A DNA stretch of 64,000 nucleotides from Treponema rectale (GCF_014202035.1 NZ_JACHFR010000003.1:311223-375222), one strand, 5' to 3'. Positions 44,063 to 54,840 are shown, numbered from the stretch's first letter. Numbers and translations are program-made. The notes: a model not told the origin generated them from the sequence alone.

Positions 44063-44652
44063 TCAGTTGTACTTTGGAACTGTTTCGTTTCCGTCATAAT
44101 CATAGAAGGTTATGTTTTTAATATAGACCTGCGTTCCTTTATCGTTAAGATCCCTTACACCGCCGATCATAAAAAGATAATCGGTTTTTGATTTCATGTG
44201 GTTAAGGTCAATGCTGTACTCCTTGAAGTTTGGAGTTACATCTATTTCGTTTTTCTGATTATTGTCAAAGTTCATGTAGAAAGTTCCGTAAGAACTTGCC
44301 TTTGCCTCGAAAGTAACTTTTGCGATGTCAGAAAGATTAAGGGTTGCTCCGTTAGGAATGCCGTTGTCGTAGCATCCGAAGGATCCTCCCCACCATCCCA
44401 CGTTTCCTACAGTAATGCATCCGCCTGTGTAGTCAATGTCAAAAGTCATTTCGTGTGCACCCCATTCATTCTGCCAGATCTGAACTCCGCATCCTGGAAA
44501 TGTTTTAAACAGAACGCTTTTTTCTCCGCTTCCTGTATTTGAGTATACCGGAGGATTGTTGGCATAAGAAACAGATTCCTGTTTTGAAGATGCACAGCTG
44601 CCTAAAAAGAGAGCAGCCATTGCTGTTACTGCAATAATTGTTTTTTTCATGA
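44063..44652 (-). CDS. Lipoprotein, putative carbohydrate-binding (CBM-like beta-sandwich)
   Basis: Lipobox LFLGSC; start at MKKTIIAV with GGAG RBS. Confidence 0.5.
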
Positions 44653-44687
44653 TAAACTCCTGTAAATATTTTATTGTAGATTTATGA

Positions 44688-46037
44688 CTATTCAATTGTA
44701 AACCAGTAGAATTTTGCTGTCCGGGCATTTCCCAGAGTTTTAATCTGAAGTTCCCGGATGCCTTCACTCAGTTCAGCTTCAAGTGTTACAGTCTTCCATT
44801 TTCCTTTTGTTGAAGGAATTTCTTTCTGTACTATTTCTTTTCCGTCTGCACTTATTATGTAAAGTTCCTCCCTGTCAGTCATGATGCGCAGGCTTACTGT
44901 ATATTTTTTTGAAGAAGGAATATTAACTTTATAGTTGGCAAATCTTTTATTAGAAAAGTTTCCCAGCTCAAGAGGAATTTTCTTGTACAGTTTTTTATCT
45001 CCCCTGTCTGTTGCCGGAGCGATTCCTACAGGTGTGTTGAACCGGATTCCGTCGTCACATTTTTCTCCTACAGTTGTGTTGTAGTTGCTTGATGATGAAT
45101 ATTCATATGCAGGAATTACTTCTCCTGCTGTAAAAGTTTTGCTTCTGCTTACATCTGTCATGTAGAGATAGACTTTTCCTAAATCCGTAAGACTTCCGTC
45201 AGAACCTTTTTTTGTAAATACAGAATTGTATGGAATTTTTTCTGCTTCTGCGTGGGACATGAACCAGGCGTAACCTTCTACGATTTCTTCCGTATCCATT
45301 GCTTCTACTTTCTGTGTCATTGCAGTAATCTGTTCATTCTTATCCTGATGAGGAATCTGGTTAGGATCCTGATCCCATGCACAGAATTCCGTAAGGAGAA
45401 CTTTTTTATTGTATCTGTTTCCGTAGGTGCTGCAGAACCACATTACGGCAGAAGGGTAATCCATGTAGCTGTGGAGTACGAGATAATCATATCTCGGTTC
45501 TTTGTTTTTATTAAGTTTTTTGTATTCTGAGATGAATTCATCCATCCATGCTTCCGGTGCGCCATATATTTTTCCGTCAGAAAGAGGTTCGAATCCCCAG
45601 GTCAGTGCAGGACCTGCAAGTTCTACTTTGTATTCTTCCGCAATCTGTTCAAGTACAGGCCATTTTTCTGCGGCTTCCTTCGGTGTCAGGGCACATCCTC
45701 CGTACTGAGCTTTCATCATTGGTTCATTAAACCCCAGAAGGCATTTTACGTTTTTGTTTGCGGCAAGATATTCCTTTGTGCGGGTAACCATTTCATCAAA
45801 ATCTTCTCCGGCACCCCATATCATAGGCATGAATTCAATCTTATGGTCAGGACCTATTTTATCTTTTCCCGGATTCTGATACCAGTTGTAGGCCCATGTA
45901 ACATTACTTTCTTCCAGTGTTTTTATTTCGCTCTCCGTAAAACTGTTGTAGCACATTCCCCGCTTTGCAGGTGAAGGCAGGCTGAATGAGAGAAAGGTTC
46001 CTGATAATAAAAGTGCAGCCGTTAAAATTTTTTTCAT
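44688..46037 (-). CDS. Secreted glycoside hydrolase, 'glycosyl hydrolase catalytic core' (PF11790-like) with C-terminal CBM-like domain
   Basis: KRGMCYNS...LLGFNEP...VLLTEFC motifs; paralog of 55020..56663. Confidence 0.7.
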   Translation of the reverse strand: MKKILTAALLLSGTFLSFSLPSPAKRGMCYNSFTESEIKTLEESNVTWAYNWYQNPGKDKIGPDHKIEFMPMIWGAGEDFDEMVTRTKEYLAANKNVKCLLGFNEPMMKAQYGGCALTPKEAAEKWPVLEQIAEEYKVELAGPALTWGFEPLSDGKIYGAPEAWMDEFISEYKKLNKNKEPRYDYLVLHSYMDYPSAVMWFCSTYGNRYNKKVLLTEFCAWDQDPNQIPHQDKNEQITAMTQKVEAMDTEEIVEGYAWFMSHAEAEKIPYNSVFTKKGSDGSLTDLGKVYLYMTDVSRSKTFTAGEVIPAYEYSSSSNYNTTVGEKCDDGIRFNTPVGIAPATDRGDKKLYKKIPLELGNFSNKRFANYKVNIPSSKKYTVSLRIMTDREELYIISADGKEIVQKEIPSTKGKWKTVTLEAELSEGIRELQIKTLGNARTAKFYWFTIE

Positions 46038-46244
46038 TTTTTCTCCATCGTATTAATTTTAATTTTACAGCTGAAATTATTGCACTGTTTTTTTCTGCAG
46101 AGTAGAGGAGAAATTTTCTAAAAGGTGTAAAATATTTGCCGTGTGCAAGCTGTTTAAAATCTAAAAATATTACACTTTTTATATGCATTGATGGCTTTTA
46201 TGTCTTAAAATATGAATATAAACTAACCTAAGGCGGATTTTTTT

Positions 46245-47540
46245 ATGAAGCTTAACAGAATTTTTGGTGGAATAATTTTATTTACATTAACTTTTGTCTC
46301 TGTTGTATTCACCGGTTGTTCCGGTAAAGAAAAAAAGCATTCGGTTGAACTGACTTTCTTTTCCAATCTACCGGACAGGAATTTCGGCCAGGGGCTTGTA
46401 GAACAGCTCATAATTGATGAATTTATGGAAGAAAATCCTGATATTATAATTAAGCTTGAGACTCTTGATGAAACTGCATATAAAACTAAATTTCATGTTT
46501 ATTGTCATGAAAGGCTTCCGGATATTGTAAGTGTTTGGGGGCAGAGGGCTTTTCTTGAAGAGGCAGTCCTTGCAGGAAAATTAGAACCTCTTGATTCTGC
46601 TGATTTTAAAAACTTCGGATTTAAGGAAGGGACACTGGACGGTTTTACTTATGAGGGAGAACTGTACGGTCTTCCACGGAATACGGACGTAGCTCTCTTC
46701 TATTATAATGAAAGAATGTTCCGTGATTTCGGCTGGAAAGTTCCCCAGTCTTTTGATGAGCTGTTTGATGTTGCGGAAGAAATTCAGAATCACGATTTTG
46801 TTCCTGTCGGGATGGATGGAAGTGACGGCTGGCCGCTCATGATTTTCTTTTCTGATATTCTTTATGATATTTCAGGAAAAGATTACAGATATATAGTAGA
46901 TCATGCCATTGAAACCCATAATTTTTCTGATGAACGGATTCTTAAGGCGTTGAATCTTTTCTGTAAGGCCTGTTCGGGAAATCTTTTTCAGAAAAACTTT
47001 ACTCAGGATGATTATGGTGCTGCACAGAATTTCTTTCTGTCTGGAAAATCAGCCATGTATTACATGGGAAGCTGGGAAACTTCAATGGCAGTTAATACCA
47101 CTTACTGGAATGAAATTACACCATATATACGTGTGATAAAATTTCCTTCTATTAATAAGGATTCTCCTGGAAAATCCGGAGTACTTGCCTGGTATGGCGG
47201 CGGTTATGCAGTTTCTGCTGATTCCCTTCATAAAAAGGAAGCCGTAAAATTTTTAAAGTTTATGTTTGCTCCGGAACGACTGTCCCGTTTAGGATTAAAA
47301 AATGCGGTTGGAATTTCTGCACAGAATGAAAGTGACTTTCTTTACGAAACGGATGTACCTTGTCTCACGGAACTTGTAAGGATTGCCGAATCTGCAGATG
47401 ATTATTCAGGTTCTCCTCTTAATGACAGAGGTAATCTTGATTTTAAATATTTGTGTGAGGCAAACATTCTGCGTCTTGCTTCAGGACAGATAACGCCCGA
47501 AGAGTTTATAAAGCTTCTGGAACGAGAAGGGGCATACTGA
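46245..47540 (+). CDS. ABC transporter substrate-binding lipoprotein (sugar-binding, family 1)
   Basis: Lipobox FTGCSG; SBP_bac_1-like. No adjacent permease or ATPase genes. Confidence 0.75.
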   Translation: MKLNRIFGGIILFTLTFVSVVFTGCSGKEKKHSVELTFFSNLPDRNFGQGLVEQLIIDEFMEENPDIIIKLETLDETAYKTKFHVYCHERLPDIVSVWGQRAFLEEAVLAGKLEPLDSADFKNFGFKEGTLDGFTYEGELYGLPRNTDVALFYYNERMFRDFGWKVPQSFDELFDVAEEIQNHDFVPVGMDGSDGWPLMIFFSDILYDISGKDYRYIVDHAIETHNFSDERILKALNLFCKACSGNLFQKNFTQDDYGAAQNFFLSGKSAMYYMGSWETSMAVNTTYWNEITPYIRVIKFPSINKDSPGKSGVLAWYGGGYAVSADSLHKKEAVKFLKFMFAPERLSRLGLKNAVGISAQNESDFLYETDVPCLTELVRIAESADDYSGSPLNDRGNLDFKYLCEANILRLASGQITPEEFIKLLEREGAY

Positions 47541-47542
47541 TT

Positions 47543-49375
47543 ATGAAAGGCAAATCATCAAGAAGAAGTATACGTAAAAAGTATGTCATTTACGGTTTCA
47601 GAATTTTTTCTCCATTATTTCTGTTTATCGTTCTTTTTTTATTTTTTCATTCTTTCAGGGCGAAGGTCAGCGACATAAAGGAAAAGTCATATACAAGTTC
47701 CAGAAGTGTTGCAGTTAATATTCAGCTTGTTCAGGATGATATAAAAAAACTTTCAACTTTTGTCGGTGTAGACAACGATATAAAAAAAATTCTCTGTTCT
47801 TCTGATGTTGAAGAGTTAAATAAAAATTCCAGAATGTGGTTTGATGAAGCTCATTTTAATACCCTTCAGAACCTGATTGCCCTTAACGGCGGTATAAGAA
47901 GTTTTGCTATTTATCCTGAAAATGGAGTTCAGCCTTTTTTACGGGGAATGGATGGAAGCGTAAATCATCCGACTATAGCAAAAGTCAGGAATACAAAAGA
48001 ATATAGTTTTACAATGAACAGGCAGTACTCCATGTACTGGTGTTCTGTTCCTAAAAGTACCCGGGGAACTTTTGAAGTAAACAGGCAGGATAAAATTGTT
48101 TTTTACCGGGAACTTTTTGATCTTAAAGACAGAAAGCCTTTGTGTTTTATTGCCATCGGTCTTGATAAATCTACTTTTGAAAATATCTGTCATGGTGCTT
48201 TGAATAGTGCAGGAGAAAGTCTTCTGGTATTTAATGCGGACGGTGAGGAGTTGTGTTCCGTAGAAGATGTTGATACGGATATAAAACTTTATATTCAGCG
48301 GAATATTCTCGGGCAGTTTTCAGAAGATAAAACGACGATTCAGTCTTTTTATGACGGCAATTACATAACCTGTACTAAGCTTGAATCAGGTAGTTCCATA
48401 GTCTGCGATATTGTTTCTCTGACTGCCTACAGAGGATTCTTTCTTCAGCAGATCTGCATATATCTTTTTGCTCTGTTTCTTATCCTTATTGCTTTGTATG
48501 TGCTTCTCAGGATTATGTCTAAATATATTACAAAACCGCTTTTTAATCTTTCTTCGGGAATTAAAAAATTTGCCGAGGGAGATTTTACTCAGCATGTAGA
48601 AGTTTATGATGATGATGAAATAGGTGATGTAGCCCGTGCGTTTAATAAAATGGTCTCTGATATTGATTCCCTTATTAATGAGAATTATGTAATAAAGATG
48701 AAGGAAAAGGAAAATGAACTTGCAAGCCTTCAGTCTCAGATAAATCCTCACTTTCTGTATAATACCCTTAATTCATTGTACTGGCAGGCGATTGACCAGA
48801 ATAACGAAGCTCTTGCGGATAATATTTTTTCACTTTCAAGATTGTTCCAGCTTGTGTTGAGCCGGGGTAAACAGGAAATACTTGTAGAAAACGAATTTGA
48901 ACTCATAGAGCATTATCTTGAAGTTCAGAAAATGCGGTTCAATTCAAAACTGCAGTATTCAATACTTCTTGATGAACGTATACGCCATCAGAAATTTTCA
49001 AAGCTTCTTCTTCAGCCGTTTGTAGAAAATTCCATCGAGCATGGTTTTTCAAATAAGACTTCTGAATGCAATCTGCTCATAAGCGGAAAGTATGATAACG
49101 GAAAAATGATTTTTGAAATAAAAGATTCCGGTGTGGGAATGACTCAGGCCGAAATTAATTCGCTGTTTTCCGGAGAAAAGAAAGTCGGTCATGATCGGGT
49201 CGGTGGTTATGCAATAAAAAACATCATAGACAGAATTCATCTTCTTTATGGAGAAGAGGGAGTTGTTGATATCGGAAGTATTCCCGGAGAGGGAACTTGT
49301 GTCCGCATAACAGTACCTTTTGATGAGAATGGTACTGAAGGAGAGGAAAATGTCAAAGAAAGTGCTGATAGCTGA
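47543..49375 (+). CDS. Sensor histidine kinase, YesM/LytS-like (two TM, HAMP, His_kinase, HATPase_c)
   Basis: LQSQINPHFLYNTLNSL H-region; HAMP with AEGDFTQHVEV. Confidence 0.8.
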   Translation: MKGKSSRRSIRKKYVIYGFRIFSPLFLFIVLFLFFHSFRAKVSDIKEKSYTSSRSVAVNIQLVQDDIKKLSTFVGVDNDIKKILCSSDVEELNKNSRMWFDEAHFNTLQNLIALNGGIRSFAIYPENGVQPFLRGMDGSVNHPTIAKVRNTKEYSFTMNRQYSMYWCSVPKSTRGTFEVNRQDKIVFYRELFDLKDRKPLCFIAIGLDKSTFENICHGALNSAGESLLVFNADGEELCSVEDVDTDIKLYIQRNILGQFSEDKTTIQSFYDGNYITCTKLESGSSIVCDIVSLTAYRGFFLQQICIYLFALFLILIALYVLLRIMSKYITKPLFNLSSGIKKFAEGDFTQHVEVYDDDEIGDVARAFNKMVSDIDSLINENYVIKMKEKENELASLQSQINPHFLYNTLNSLYWQAIDQNNEALADNIFSLSRLFQLVLSRGKQEILVENEFELIEHYLEVQKMRFNSKLQYSILLDERIRHQKFSKLLLQPFVENSIEHGFSNKTSECNLLISGKYDNGKMIFEIKDSGVGMTQAEINSLFSGEKKVGHDRVGGYAIKNIIDRIHLLYGEEGVVDIGSIPGEGTCVRITVPFDENGTEGEENVKESADS

Positions 49376-50075
49376 TGATGAAGAGCTGGTGCGTTCCAGT
49401 TTATCAAGGTATATTAAGAATCACTGTTCTTCCGTTGATCAGATTTTTGAAGCGGGGGACGGAGGTACGGCGCTTGAATTAATGATAAAGAATGTGCCGG
49501 ATATTGTAATTCTTGATGTACAGATGCCGGTATATACAGGTATTGATGTTATGCGCCTTTCTAAAGAATCCGGTCTTGCTCCTGTTTTTATTATTCTCAG
49601 CGGTTTTAATGAATTTGAATATGCCCAGCAGGCAATGCATTATGGTGCCCGGGAATATATAATGAAGCCTGTAAGGGCTGCTGAACTTGCTGCCCTTGTA
49701 AATACTTTTGCTGATGGAGAAGAATCTCAGAAGCCTGAATCTTCAGAGGACAATCTTTCTGCAATTTCAAGGTCGGCTGCAAAATTTATTGATGATCATT
49801 ATTCTGAAAATATTTCATTGTCTGTTGTTGCAAATAAACTTGGACTTTCTTCCAGTTATCTTTCCACAAAATTTTCTCAGGATATGGGCATGGGGTTTGT
49901 TGACTATGTAAACAAGGTCAGAATTGAAAAAGCCTGTCTTTATCTTAAGCAGGGATATTATAAAGTTTATGAAATTTCAGAAAAAGTCGGTTTTAATGAT
50001 ACAAAATATTTTACAAAGCTTTTTAAAAAAATAACCGGATATACTCCTAAAAAATTCATGCAGGGAGAAGAGTGA
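49350..50075 (+). CDS. Response regulator, YesN-like (REC + AraC-type HTH)
   Basis: VLIADDEELVR receiver; C-terminal AraC HTH (KFSQDMGMGFVDYVNKVRIEKA). Confidence 0.85.
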   Translation: MSKKVLIADDEELVRSSLSRYIKNHCSSVDQIFEAGDGGTALELMIKNVPDIVILDVQMPVYTGIDVMRLSKESGLAPVFIILSGFNEFEYAQQAMHYGAREYIMKPVRAAELAALVNTFADGEESQKPESSEDNLSAISRSAAKFIDDHYSENISLSVVANKLGLSSSYLSTKFSQDMGMGFVDYVNKVRIEKACLYLKQGYYKVYEISEKVGFNDTKYFTKLFKKITGYTPKKFMQGEE

Positions 50076-50083
50076 TTTTATTT

Positions 50084-50118
50084 AACTGCCGTTTGAATTA
50101 AAACGGCAGTTTTTTTTA
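50084..50118 (+). terminator. Rho-independent terminator
   Basis: AACTGCCGTTT...AAACGGCAGTT stem + TTTTTTTT. Confidence 0.7.
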
Positions 50119-50219
50119 TATAAAAAAATTACACCATTTATAAAATTCTGTTTCTGTTTTTATCTTAAGGCTGCCTTTACACTTTTTCAGGAAAACAAAA
50201 AAATGTGGAGGCAGGATTT

Positions 50220-53200
50220 ATGAAAAAATCTCTGATAGTTTTTGCAGCCCTGTTTGCGTTTCTGACGGGGTTTGCATCTGCAAAAGTTACCGTTAGAAAA
50301 GATGCCGGCGGATGGCGTATGTTTGACGGCAACAGGGAAGTTGAAATAAAGGGTATTACCTGGAGTAATACTCCGATTGGAATGGATTATAATTACAGTC
50401 TGTGGCGCATGGATGATGACTTCATTATGGCCACTCTTAATACTGACATGCCTATGCTTCAGGCAATGGGTGTTAACGTTATCCGAAGCTTTGATGACGT
50501 TCCTCCGAAGTGGGTTGAATATATTTACGAAAACTACGGAATATATACTCTTATTAATAACCTCATGGGACGTTACGGAGTTACTGTAAAAGGAAAGTGG
50601 GTTTTCCCGACGGATTATCAGGATAAAGATACCCGCGAAACTCTTGTAGAAATGGCCCGCAATACAGCAGAAAAGTATAAGAACGTACGCGGACTTCTTT
50701 TTTACATGCTTGGAAATGAAAGCAATTACGGTCTTGAATGGTCAAGTACAGAAATTGAAAATCTTCCTGTAGGTGAGCAGCACCGTGCAAAGGCTGTTTA
50801 TCTTTACAGCATGTTTGAAGAAGCAATTAAGGCAATGCATGAAGTTGATCCTGATCATCCTGTAGGAATCGTTAACGGTGACGTTCAGTATATCGATCTT
50901 ATCGCAGAACTTTGTCCGAGTCTTGACATATTCGGAAGTAACGTTTACCGCGGATGGAAATTCTATGAAGGTTTTTATGAAGATGTAGCATCTAAACTTG
51001 ATAAGCCTGCCGTGTTCACGGAGTGTGGTGCGGATGCATTCAATGCGGTTACCGGTAAGGAAGATCAGTGGGCTCAGCTTCAGTATTTTAAGACACAGTG
51101 GGAAGAAGTTTATCAGGAAGGCTACGGTAAGGGCCGTCACCAGAATGTACTCGGTGCTTTTCTTTTTGAATGGATTGACGAATGGTGGAAAATCTATCAG
51201 TGGAAAGATCTTACCATTCATAATGATAAGGGAACCTGGGCAAACTCAGGATATTCCCTTGACTTCAAGGAAGGCGTCAACAACATGGACGAGGAATGGT
51301 TCGGTCTGTGCGGTCAGAGTACTGTTACAGTTAACGGTGTAAATAAGCGTCTTCCCCGCGCTGCATATTATTTCTTCTGTGATCTGTGGAAACATTCCCT
51401 TTATAATTCTACAAATGCAGAAATGGAACGTTTTTTTGCTACTCTCCCTGAAGATATTTATCTTTCAAGAGGAAACAGTGAAACAATCCGTGAAGACATA
51501 AAGCAGTCAAAACTTTTCAGTATTTCTTCAATGAATGTTTCGGCTCAGTTTACTACTCCTGTATTCTTAAATTATCTCCTGGATGATATAAAAGACGGAC
51601 ATAACTGGCGTGATGCATTCCGTTATGTAAATAATGAATATAAGTCTGACGGATATAATTCAGATAAAATGGAAAATAAACCTTCTCTTCAGGCAGAGGC
51701 AAGCGTAACTCTTGCAATGAATCCTGTAGAAAATGTTAATGGAAGTGCAACCTTCAAGGCTTTTACCGGAGAACCGTTCAGCCGTCTCCGTGATCATTAT
51801 TCTTCATACTATGATGATGTTCCATACGGTGAAAACATTTATGACTATGAAAAGAATTTTGATTTCTATGCAGCAAATCTTTCTTACGAAAATAAAAACT
51901 TCGATTTGAATGGATATTATCATACCGGTCATGCAGGTTATGCTGGAAACGGTGATGTATTTAACATTACTCAGGATGCATTTGATATTGTCGGATATGA
52001 TACTTACGGTTCAAAAGCTCCTGTTGCTGTTGAATTTACCGGTAAGGGAAAACTTTCTGGTCTCAGTGTAATTGGAGGTCCGGAGATTTACGGAGGCGCC
52101 GCACCTCAGATTGTTGCAAATTATTATAAGGGATTCTGGCCTGGCGTTAAAGGTTTAAGCTGGATCAATTACGGTTTCCTTTTCTGTGAGGAATTCGGTC
52201 AGAGTGAAAACATGGCACTTGCACCGTTCAATGCTTACGGTTCAGGAAGAAAGGCTTCCGTATACGGAGAATTTTATTTTAATGATATCGCTTCTGTAAA
52301 ACTCGGTATCCTTCATTCAGGTTCAGAAAAGGTTGGAGCTAAATACACTACGAAGAACGGCAGTGAAAAAGAAATCTCTGACTTTGACACACTGGGTGCT
52401 TATGCTCAGATCGGAACAAAAATGATTCCGTATTCCTTTGTTTATGCAAATGCAATTTACCGCGGTCTTGTTGCAGATACAAACGGAGCTCCTGTTAACG
52501 GCGGATTCTTTTCCGGAGATTCAGGAAGCGGTAACCGTCTTGAATTACAGGCTGGTGTAGATTTTGGTTATGGTCCTCTTTCAATAAAACCTGTTGTTCG
52601 TGTACGTACACCTCTTGAAGCAGCAAACGGAACCCGCAGTATTGTTGATGGCTCTCCTTTCTATGTAGGACAGGGAAACCGTCAGAGTTTTGAAATTGAA
52701 ACTGTTATTACTTATGATCCTGAAGGCGGAACCTGGTTCCATAACTGGGATAATAATGAAACAGAAAATGCAAAACTTGCTTTCTCTATAAGCGGTCTTT
52801 ATCAGCTTTATGCTGGAGAAACTGACCTTCTTCCTTACAAGGATAATAACGGCGGAACTGTAGACAGAAATGACGGTACTATTGCAAGCGGTGATTTCTG
52901 GAGGGCTTATAATTCACTTCCTCTTCAGCATAACCTGTGGCAGTTCGGAGCAAGAGTTGTTGCAAATCCTTCAAACTCTCTCCGTCTTATTGCAGGTGTA
53001 AATGTAGGACATCAGTCTCCGTCTGTTGCATATTATGGCGATCCTGATGACATCACATTTATCGGTGCAAATTTTGCAGCCCGCTATAAGAGATGGATTA
53101 TGAGGGCAGATGCAACTGTAAACGGATGGGGAAGTGCAGGCTGGATGCGTGACCAGAACTATACATTCCCTCTTCAGTACAGCATTGATATTGCCTGTGG

Positions 53201-53375
53201 ATTTAAGAAACCTTCATTCATTGATTCAAACAACAGAATCGGTGTAAGGGTTCAGGGGGCAAATTTTGGAAAATACAGCCAGGATTCTTATCATGCACTT
53301 CCTTATGCATATCGTGATAATCCTGATGGTGCCAGGTATCTTGAGTTTACGACTTACGTCAGCGTTGGTCTGTAA
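50220..53375 (+). CDS. Large secreted protein: N-terminal clan GH-A TIM-barrel glycoside hydrolase (GH2/GH5-like) fused to a ~700-aa Gly/Tyr/Asn-rich beta-rich C-terminal region
   Basis: Signal peptide. FYMLGNESNYGLEW acid/base motif and FTECGAD nucleophile motif. Confidence 0.6.
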   Translation: MKKSLIVFAALFAFLTGFASAKVTVRKDAGGWRMFDGNREVEIKGITWSNTPIGMDYNYSLWRMDDDFIMATLNTDMPMLQAMGVNVIRSFDDVPPKWVEYIYENYGIYTLINNLMGRYGVTVKGKWVFPTDYQDKDTRETLVEMARNTAEKYKNVRGLLFYMLGNESNYGLEWSSTEIENLPVGEQHRAKAVYLYSMFEEAIKAMHEVDPDHPVGIVNGDVQYIDLIAELCPSLDIFGSNVYRGWKFYEGFYEDVASKLDKPAVFTECGADAFNAVTGKEDQWAQLQYFKTQWEEVYQEGYGKGRHQNVLGAFLFEWIDEWWKIYQWKDLTIHNDKGTWANSGYSLDFKEGVNNMDEEWFGLCGQSTVTVNGVNKRLPRAAYYFFCDLWKHSLYNSTNAEMERFFATLPEDIYLSRGNSETIREDIKQSKLFSISSMNVSAQFTTPVFLNYLLDDIKDGHNWRDAFRYVNNEYKSDGYNSDKMENKPSLQAEASVTLAMNPVENVNGSATFKAFTGEPFSRLRDHYSSYYDDVPYGENIYDYEKNFDFYAANLSYENKNFDLNGYYHTGHAGYAGNGDVFNITQDAFDIVGYDTYGSKAPVAVEFTGKGKLSGLSVIGGPEIYGGAAPQIVANYYKGFWPGVKGLSWINYGFLFCEEFGQSENMALAPFNAYGSGRKASVYGEFYFNDIASVKLGILHSGSEKVGAKYTTKNGSEKEISDFDTLGAYAQIGTKMIPYSFVYANAIYRGLVADTNGAPVNGGFFSGDSGSGNRLELQAGVDFGYGPLSIKPVVRVRTPLEAANGTRSIVDGSPFYVGQGNRQSFEIETVITYDPEGGTWFHNWDNNETENAKLAFSISGLYQLYAGETDLLPYKDNNGGTVDRNDGTIASGDFWRAYNSLPLQHNLWQFGARVVANPSNSLRLIAGVNVGHQSPSVAYYGDPDDITFIGANFAARYKRWIMRADATVNGWGSAGWMRDQNYTFPLQYSIDIACGFKKPSFIDSNNRIGVRVQGANFGKYSQDSYHALPYAYRDNPDGARYLEFTTYVSVGL

Positions 53376-53401
53376 AAACATGTTACGACAAGGAGTATTA
53401 T

Positions 53402-54097
53402 ATGAAACTTGATATGAAAAAGATTTTTACATTGACTGTATCAGCTGCTTTTGCATTCATACTTTCAGCCTGCAATATGGATGCATTTTCAAATGACGGT
53501 TCTTCTGCATCAGCCCGCAGGGAAAAAGGATATAAACCAAAGCCTCGCCCTGCAGTCAGTAATGGTCTTTATAAGCATGCAGAAGGCTATGAAATGGGAC
53601 CATGGCAGTGCTGGGACAATGATGGTGCTGTAGCCACAACTGAGGACGGAGCTGATGGAGGAATGAGGATTACTCAGGCAATACGTCCCTGCGGCGGTAC
53701 TTACTGGGGTGTAAACCTTGCAGCCGGAACTAATTCTGGTGCAAATAAAGATCTTGACGGAAAAGGTTATACAAAGATTGTAATGAAAATCCGCGGTACT
53801 ACACCTGCAAATACTATTTATTTCTTTGGGAATAATGAAACGGAAGGTATAGGTGACTGGGACGGTGTTACTCAGGATGGTAACGGAAAAGTCTGGTATC
53901 GTCTTGATCATTATACTTCTGAGTATAATGAAACTACGTGGACTGAAATTACTGTTCCTGTTACATATGGAGAAGTTACATCCACAATGTCTTCCTGCCT
54001 TACAATCGGTGGAGACGGCGGATGGGTAGAAGTTAAGGAAATTGACTGGCAGGATGATGAAGGTAACTTCGTCGTACCTGCATATGCCGGAACATGA
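53402..54097 (+). CDS. Lipoprotein, CBM-like (paralog pair with 54146..54796)
   Basis: Lipobox ILSACN; shared ACN.D.AFNDGSSA.ARR.KGY N-terminal motif. Confidence 0.5.
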   Translation: MKLDMKKIFTLTVSAAFAFILSACNMDAFSNDGSSASARREKGYKPKPRPAVSNGLYKHAEGYEMGPWQCWDNDGAVATTEDGADGGMRITQAIRPCGGTYWGVNLAAGTNSGANKDLDGKGYTKIVMKIRGTTPANTIYFFGNNETEGIGDWDGVTQDGNGKVWYRLDHYTSEYNETTWTEITVPVTYGEVTSTMSSCLTIGGDGGWVEVKEIDWQDDEGNFVVPAYAGT

Positions 54098-54145
54098 TTT
54101 TTTTCTTCGGGAAGATGTATGTCTTCCCGTTAAGGAGGAACTGCT

Positions 54146-54796
54146 ATGAAAAAAATCTGTAAACTTATGCTGCTTTTAGTTTCAGTTTTGTTTTTGGCCT
54201 GTAATCCTGACGGTGCTTTTAATGACGGATCTTCTGCAAAGGCAAGGAGAAACAAAGGATACAGGCAGCCTGAAAATGATCCTTTTGGAGGCGAAGAAAC
54301 AACTGCAAAATTCTGGAAAGGTTATGCTCCTTTTTCCGGCATACAGTGCTGGGGTATGGGAGAAAATGAAAGCTGGGGAAGAAACCCGGAAATTGATCTT
54401 GATGCCGGAACTTTCAGGAGTTCCGGAGATGAAGGCGGCTCCTATATGCCTGTATTCGGTGCATACGGTATAGGCGGAACCGGTATTGACGGAGAATATG
54501 ATGTTTCTTCTGTAAGCAGCTTTGAGTGTGATGTATGGAGCGAAGGTTCTTCCGGTAAGGAACTTGAGATTTCTGTCTATCATTCACCACTTAATCAGAA
54601 AAATGTAATTCTTTCTGAAACACCGCAGCATGTTGAGATTAATCTTACTATCCAGAATACTACGCATATTCTGTTTCTTCTCGGGTGGAGCAATACTCCT
54701 TCCGGAGACATCATTCATATAGAAAATGTTGCCTTCTATGATGATGAAGGAAAACAGGTTACTTACATTCCTTTTAAGCTGAACGAAAGTGAATGA
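54146..54796 (+). CDS. Lipoprotein, CBM-like
   Basis: Lipobox LFLACN; paralog of 53402..54097. Confidence 0.5.
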   Translation: MKKICKLMLLLVSVLFLACNPDGAFNDGSSAKARRNKGYRQPENDPFGGEETTAKFWKGYAPFSGIQCWGMGENESWGRNPEIDLDAGTFRSSGDEGGSYMPVFGAYGIGGTGIDGEYDVSSVSSFECDVWSEGSSGKELEISVYHSPLNQKNVILSETPQHVEINLTIQNTTHILFLLGWSNTPSGDIIHIENVAFYDDEGKQVTYIPFKLNESE

Positions 54797-54802
54797 TTAT
54801 TG

Positions 54803-54838
54803 ATAAGGATGTCTCTAAGCGGGCATCCTTATTTTATT
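54803..54838 (+). terminator. Probable rho-independent terminator
   Basis: TAAGGATG...CATCCTTA stem + TTTTATT. Confidence 0.45.
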
Positions 54839-54840
54839 GA

